Assembly: GCA_963725865.1 (NCBI GenBank)
Contig: CAVSAC010000014.1
Span: 1,472,001 to 1,536,000 of the forward strand
Length of the DNA stretch: 64,000 nucleotides
Direction of reading: 5' to 3'
From: Candidatus Eiseniibacteriota bacterium
GTDB lineage: Bacteria; Eisenbacteria; RBG-16-71-46
The notes beneath the pieces were generated by a model. That model was given only the letters and a program-made list of their open reading frames with translations. It had not been told where the DNA came from and ran no database searches. The position numbers were made by a program, and so were the translations under genes. Positions 58,247 to 64,000 of the stretch are shown piece after piece; positions within the stretch are counted from its first letter, which is position 1, and each line of letters opens with the position of its first letter.

Positions 58247-60318
58247 GGCTGCCTCGCGCCCAGCAGCAGCACCACCAGCGTGATCAGCAGGTAGAGCATG
58301 TAGAGGTGCAGGTTGCCCGCCTGCAGCCGGCGCGCCTGCTCCGAGGTCCACAGCACCGCCTGCACCAGCGGCTCGTAGAACAGTCGCTCCGCGAGTGGCG
58401 GCAGCCCCGAGGTGTACCGGTACTTGTGCCCGAAGTAGGGCGAGCCCTCCTCGAGCACCTCGAGCTCGCGCTCCGCGCGCACCAGGGGGCCGAAGATCAG
58501 CCGTAGCGGCTTGGTGAACCCGAGCGCCGAGTACTGCTGGCGCGAGTTCAGCCGCGTGCCGCACGCCCACGAGGGCGCGCGCCGGATCGGCGTGCGCAGG
58601 CGCACCAGCGCCAGCACGGCGAACGGCAGTGCCGCGAACAGCGCGACGAGCAGCGCGATCGAGAGCGGCGAGATGCTCGCGATCGCGGGCCCCAGCGGCG
58701 CCAGCACCAGCCCGTCCCAGCTCGACAGCGCGGTCGCATCGAAGCCCGGCATCAGCGCGGCGAGCGGCGCGGCGAGGGCGCCGAGCGCCCACGTGGCTCC
58801 GGTGCCCCACGCCACGCCGAGCAGCGCGAGCGCGAGCAGCGTCCACTCGAGCGCCGGGCCCGCCGCGTGCGCGTGCGTCGCGCCGTCGCTGCGCGCGCGC
58901 CCCAGGAAGCCCACGCCGTAGAGCTTGACCAGCGCCGCCGCCGACAGCGCGGTGGCGAGCGCCAGTCCCGCGCCCACGAACGGCCCCAGCAGGCGCAGGC
59001 TGCCGGTGCCGGCCGAGAAGCCCACGATCAGCGTCTGGTACAGCAGCCACTCGCCGATGAAGCACGCGAACAGCGGCAGCCCCGCGAGCGCCAGAATCGA
59101 CGCGAGCGCCGCCCCCGAGAGCCGCGGCAGCCGCCGCGCGAGTCCGCCGAGCTGCTCCAGGTCGCGGCTGCCGGCCGCGTGCGCCGCCTCGCCGACGGCG
59201 AGGAACGCGAGCCCCTTCGAGAGGCCGTGCCCGACCGCGTGATAGAGGCACGCCGCCAGCGCGACGCCCGCCAGCACCGGCTGCCCGCCGCGCGCGAACG
59301 TCGCCGCGAGCCCCAGCGCGATCGCGAGCAGGCCCATGTTCTTGATGGTGGAGTAGGCCAGCAGGCGCTTGGCGTCGCTCTCGAGCACCGCGTACAGCGC
59401 GCCGAGCAGCGCCGACGCCGCGCCGGCGATCAGCAGCGTCTCGCCCCAGCCGCCGACCGGCCCGCCCGCCATCTGCCACGCGAAGCGCAGCAGGCCGTAG
59501 AGCCCGGCCTTGACCATGACGCCCGAGAGCAGCGCCGAGATCGGCGCCGGCGCCTCGGGGTGCGCCATCGGCAGCCACACGTGGAGCGGCGCCAGCCCCA
59601 GCTTGACCGCGAAGCCGAGCGTGAGCGCCCACGTCACCAGTCGCGCCTCGCCGGCCGGCAGGACGGAGTACGCGTGCGCCAGGTCGGCGAACCCGAACGA
59701 GCCCGCCACCGCCGACAGCCGCAGCAGCGCCAGCGCCATGAACGCCGCCCCCGCATGCGAGAGCGCCAGGTACACGAACGCCGCACCCCGCGCGCGCGCG
59801 CTGCGCGGATCGGCCGCCACCAGCGCGGCCGAGAGCAGCGTCATCCCCTCCCACGCGAGCAGGAACAGCAGCGCGTGGCGGGCCGCGAACGCCGCCGCCA
59901 GCGCCAGCGCGAACCCCGCGTGCAGCGCCATGCGCGCCTCGTCGCCCGCGCTCGCGGTGACCGGACCCGCGTCGTGGGCGTGCGCGCTGCGATGGGCCAC
60001 GAACGAGGCCGCGCCCACGATGCCGAGCAGCAGCAGGAACGGCGCGGCGAGCGCGTCGATGCCGAGGGACCACGGATCGCCCGGCAGCCCCGGCCACCAT
60101 TCGAGCGGCCACGGCTCCATGCCGAACAGCGCGAAGCTGGCCGCCACCGCGAGCGCCGCGCAGGCCAGCACCGCCAGCGAACGCGAGAGCCGGAAGCGGA
60201 ACAGCGCGGAAGGCCGCAGGCTCGCGGGCAGCAGCGCCAGCACGGGCAGCAGCGCGGCGGCGGCGAGACCCCAGATCGCGAGCGCGAACAAGCCGCCGGC
60301 AAGCGCGGCGAGCGGCAT
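58243..60318 (-). CDS. hyfB: HyfB-like antiporter-type membrane subunit
   Basis: FLLAWEGM, KLGLAPLHVWLP.AHPEAP, SGVMVK, KRLLAYST, WACG and QAGNLHLY. Confidence 0.9.
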   Translation of the reverse strand: MPLAALAGGLFALAIWGLAAAALLPVLALLPASLRPSALFRFRLSRSLAVLACAALAVAASFALFGMEPWPLEWWPGLPGDPWSLGIDALAAPFLLLLGIVGAASFVAHRSAHAHDAGPVTASAGDEARMALHAGFALALAAAFAARHALLFLLAWEGMTLLSAALVAADPRSARARGAAFVYLALSHAGAAFMALALLRLSAVAGSFGFADLAHAYSVLPAGEARLVTWALTLGFAVKLGLAPLHVWLPMAHPEAPAPISALLSGVMVKAGLYGLLRFAWQMAGGPVGGWGETLLIAGAASALLGALYAVLESDAKRLLAYSTIKNMGLLAIALGLAATFARGGQPVLAGVALAACLYHAVGHGLSKGLAFLAVGEAAHAAGSRDLEQLGGLARRLPRLSGAALASILALAGLPLFACFIGEWLLYQTLIVGFSAGTGSLRLLGPFVGAGLALATALSAAALVKLYGVGFLGRARSDGATHAHAAGPALEWTLLALALLGVAWGTGATWALGALAAPLAALMPGFDATALSSWDGLVLAPLGPAIASISPLSIALLVALFAALPFAVLALVRLRTPIRRAPSWACGTRLNSRQQYSALGFTKPLRLIFGPLVRAERELEVLEEGSPYFGHKYRYTSGLPPLAERLFYEPLVQAVLWTSEQARRLQAGNLHLYMLYLLITLVVLLLGARQP

Positions 60319-60383
60319 CTTCCATCCCTGGTTGGAGTGAGCGGGCACCCACCGCAGGCACGGCGGGCCACGAGCAGAGTGCA

Positions 60384-60412
60384 GGAGTAGCAAGCGAACG
60401 GGCGGGGGTCAA
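60384..60412 (-). promoter_or_regulatory. Putative sigma70 promoter of the hyf-like operon
   Basis: Minus strand TTGACC-N17-TACTCC with an extended TG motif. Confidence 0.45.
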
Positions 60413-60854
60413 GGCGCGCGTTGCGCGCTCGCCGCCGAGAGCGGCCCGCGACGGCCGAACGGCGGTGGTGGCACGGCTGCCCGCGCTCGTGCGGATCGCC
60501 GACGAGGGCAGCCACCACGCGCTCGAGGTGAAGCGCGCCGACGCGTCGCCGATCCGGATCGAGCTCACCGCGAAGCTGCTGTCGATCGACGCGCGGTAGG
60601 AGTCGAGCGTGCCACGAGGTCGCGTCTGCACGACGAGGAACTCGTTGGCGCCGAGATCCTGTGGGGGCTGTGGCTGTCTCCCCTGGCGGTCCTGGTGTAC
60701 AGGGCGCGCTTCCTTCCGCGCCCGACTCGGAGCGGTCGCGCTCATGCAGTGGCTCGTGATCATGGGGGCGAGGGAGCGGACCGTGAACGCCCCGGCCGCT
60801 GGATCGTGCTCCACTCCGGTTTCGGTGACCCGCGAGGGTGGCGGGTGGACCCGC

Positions 60855-63800
60855 TCACTCGAGCACGACGCCCTTGACGATCAGGCTGCGCTCGCCGCAC
60901 TGCAGCCGCACCAGGTAGACGCCCGCCGGCAGCGATCCGGAGGAGCCGAGCGAGATCGAGTGCCGACCGGCGCCCAGCGTGCCGACCGCGCGCGAGCGCA
61001 GCCGCCGCCCCGCGAGATCGAGCAGCTCGAGCGTCGCGGGCTGGGCGTCGGCGAGGCTGAACGCGACCCGCAGATCGCGCACCGCCGGGTTGGGGAGCAG
61101 GCCGTGCAGCGCCAGCTCCACGCCCGCGGGGATGTCGACCCAGGTCTCGCCGACGAAGCGCACCGCGCCGGACTCGGTGATCCCGAGCCGATAGCCGTAG
61201 CGCGCGGCCGGCAGGACGTCGTGGTCCTCGAAGCGCAGGTAGCCCTCGCCGTCCGGCACGATCGCGCCGAGCGCGGTCCACTCGCCGTTGCCGCCGCGCC
61301 GCTGGACCGCGACCGGGTGGCCATCGGACTGCGACGCGTGCCAGAGCAGATGCGCCACGCCGGGATCGGCCGAGGCGGACACGAGCGCCACGTCGGTGGC
61401 CGTCAGCACCTGGACCGCGAGCTCCACGGGCACGTGCACGAGCGGCTGGAGCGGATCGTCGCTGCTCACGGTCAGGTCGGCGAGGTAGCTGCCCGTCGCC
61501 AGCCCGTGCGTGTCGAAGCGGATGCCGACGCCGGCGCTGCCGTGCGCCGGCACCACGCCGGACGCCGGCGTCACCGAGAGCCACGGCGGCGCCGGTTCGA
61601 GCGCGGTGAGGAACGCGCGCAGGATGCCAAGCAGCCCCGCGTCGTCGATGCGGGCGCCCGCGTCGCCCGCCATCAGCAGGTAGTAGAGCCGCGACACCGG
61701 CGCCGCGAAGCCCACCTGGTCGAAGTCGCTGTTGGTGTCGAGGAAGTAGCTGTGCGACGAGCCGCCCGGGGCGGCCAGCACGATCAGGTGGTGGACCGCC
61801 GCGCTCGCCGCGCCGAAGACGCGCTTCGCGTAGCCGAGGTAGTGCGTCCCGCCCACGTCGATCGCGAGCGCGGCGTCGTCCACGTGACCCGCGCCGTCAG
61901 CGCCGAGATCGCCGGTGATCGTGAAGCGGCTGACGCCGGCCAGGTCGGCCGCGAGGACGAACAGTCCCGGGTACTTCCGCGTGAAGTACGCACCTCCGAA
62001 CGCGGCCGACTGGGCGAGCGCGCCATCCGAGTACGGGATCGGGCCGCCGAGGTCGGTGCCGATGAAGTTGCCGCCGTCGTACATGTGCTGTCCACCGTCG
62101 AGGATCGAGGAGCCGGTGTCGCCCGCGGCGAACTCGAAGCGGTCGGGGATGAGGGACGTCACGCGCACGGCGCGCGCATCCAGTCGCGCGAGCGCTTCCG
62201 CGAGCGTCGGCAGCGCGACACTCGCGCGCGCGGCGGGCGGCGGTGCGATTGCTCCGGGCGCGCCACTGGCGCGGGCAGCCGGCGGCGGCGGCACCGCCGA
62301 GTCGACGCGAACCGCCGCAGCGCCGAGCGCGCCGAGTTCGACGCCCGCGGCGCCCGGCGCCCGGGCGCGCACCTCGGTCGCGGGGGCCAACACGCTCGCC
62401 CCTGCGCCTTCGATCGGCGCGATGCTCCACGACAGCGGGCTGGCGCCGGTGTTGATCAGCGTCAGCGGCGTGGTCCCGATCGCGTCCGGGTCCATCAGCG
62501 TCCGGACGCTCTCGGGGTACACCACCACGTGCGGCGCCTCGACTGCGGTTCCGGTCAGCGCGACGGTGAGCGTGGGCCGGTCGGGATCGTCGCCGTGCAG
62601 GCTGAGCGATCCACTCGCGGCACCCACCGCGGTCGGGGCGAAGGTCACCAACAGCGATCGCGTCTCGCCGGCGCCCAGCACGAATCCCCCGGCATCGACG
62701 TGGAAGACCGCGGGCGTGAGGTCGATCGCGCTCACGGTGAGCGAGTCGCTGCCGGTGTTCGACACCACGAGCGTGTCCACCTCGCGTGCCGCCGGCGAAC
62801 ACCGCGCCGAAGTCGAGCGCATCCGCGGAAGCCTCGAGGTTCGGGGCGCTCGTCACGTGGAGTCGCGTGGGCACGGTGACGCGCGCCACCAGCGGGTCGT
62901 TGGTCGCGAACGCGATCCGGGCCAGGTAGTCGCCGCCGGGCAGGCCGCTCGCGTCGAACTGCGCCTGCAGGGGCTGCGATCCACCCACCGCGACGGTGCC
63001 GGACGCGGGCGTCAACGCGAACCACGCCGGACGCGTGTCCGTCACGAGCACGTCGTCGAAGAACCACCCGGGATAGGTGTTCGCCTCCGCATCGCGCGTG
63101 TCGAAGTAGAACCGCACCCGGATCGTCCTGCCGGCCCACGCCGAGAGGTCGAGCAAGCTCAGCTGCCAGCTGCCGCTGTTGCCACTCGGCGCCGCGCCCG
63201 GGCCGCCGCGCAGCGGCGTCCACGTGTCGCCGTCGTCGGCCGAGACGTCCACCATGCAGAAGTCGTAGTCCGGCTCCGTCAGGTAGAGCTCGAAGAACTG
63301 GAGCGTGATCGGAGCCGTGACCAGCCTCAGGTCGATCGGCGGACTGACCACCGCGGTGCTCACCGCGCTGCCGGTGAAGTAGTCGCCCCGGGAGTCCACG
63401 CCGCACCACCACGAGGTCGTCGGACTGCTGAAGGTGCGGGTCGTGCGATGCCAGAGGTCGTCGGGGCCGTAGACCTGGCGCGTCCAGCCGTTGTCGCCGA
63501 ACTCCATGTCGTCGAAGAACAGCGTGTGCGCCGGCCCGAGCGCCGCGAGCTGGCGCCGCAGCAGCGCGCCGATCCCGCTGGGCCCGCACGGCGCCGAGAG
63601 CCCGGCGCCATCCCGCCGCGTGCCCGCGACCGCAGTGCCGGCCGCCGCGGCCCCGGGCGGCCGCGCGCGCGCGCCCGCGACGGGCGGTGGCGCGATGCCG
63701 ATGCTCAGCGACCAGCTCAGCGGGCTGCCGCCGGCGTTCGCGACGATCAGCGGTCGCGTCGCGAGGTCGCCCGAGAACAGCTCGGCGGACAGGGAGTCGG

Positions 63801-64000
63801 GCGACACCGCGAACGCCGGCGCGGGCAGCCCGCTGCCCCGCAGCGCCACGCCGCGCACCGGCTCGTCGGGATCGTCGCTGCGGATCTCGAGCGTGCCCGC
63901 GAACTCGCTCGCGCCCGGCGGAGAGAACGTGACGATCAGCCGCCGCACCGCGCCGGGCGCGAGCGTGAAGCCGCCCGCGGGTGCCGCGAACTCGGCCGGC
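60855..64000 (-). CDS. Large secreted multidomain protein (ASH/choice-of-anchor-D Ig repeats, MAM/InhA-like jelly-roll, C-terminal T9SS-type domain); 5' end outside the window; frameshift near 62785
   Basis: Repeated LDFG.V...L.V.N.G...L and S(D/N)DP motifs, FFDDME...GWFFDDV, and C-terminal PNP...LLDLAGRRL...AGVYLVRL. Confidence 0.75.

Noticed and set aside
60465..60599. Short plus-strand ORF (..LEVKRADASPIRIELTAKLL..) resembling the end of a PAS domain
   Set aside because: It is only 44 aa, has no clear RBS and the similarity is weak. It may be a remnant but cannot be supported.
57293..60814. 1173-aa ORF and similar long Arg/Ala/Pro-rich alternative-frame or antisense ORFs across the window
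   Set aside because: These are shadow ORFs of high-GC coding sequence. Only the motif-bearing portions were kept.

Overview
Very GC-rich (about 70% by eye), gene-dense bacterial DNA from a diderm. Several secreted proteins end in a FlgD-Ig/T9SS-type C-terminal domain, and there are dockerin-like paralogues. Both suggest an FCB-group lineage such as Ca. Eisenbacteria (inference only). Contents in order: pntB/pntA2/pntA1 divergent from icd; a three-gene secreted operon (FlgD-CTD protein, fibre-like protein, M4 peptidase); a regulatory/envelope cluster (RsbW-like, STAS, ECF sigma, anti-sigma, membrane-anchored 28 x 9-aa repeat protein, HExxH/propeller/beta-barrel outer-membrane protein, PrsW); an ECF sigma - Ser/Thr kinase - TPR/CHAT operon; saccharopine-dehydrogenase-like, DUF4032 and TolB-like genes; a MerR-headed suf operon; four tandem Ig+dockerin-like paralogues; a MoxR cluster; ArnT/GT2 genes; a secreted propeller protein; NUDIX and B12 radical SAM genes; a six-gene Hyf/Ehr-type membrane complex; and the 3' part of a large secreted Ig-repeat protein. 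The best candidate for an undescribed system is the ECF-kinase-CHAT operon. There the identical nonapeptide RGVGELADA, partly encoded with synonymous codons, occurs both in a loop of the caspase-like protease and in the extracytoplasmic domain of the kinase, which hints at a protease -> kinase -> sigma cascade. The second candidate is the PrsW/repeat-protein/OMP trans-envelope module, which has a shared ECF promoter motif. About seven apparent frameshifts suggest long-read indel errors. I saw no rRNA, tRNA, CRISPR array or transposase. All family calls come from motif recognition by eye; no searches were run.
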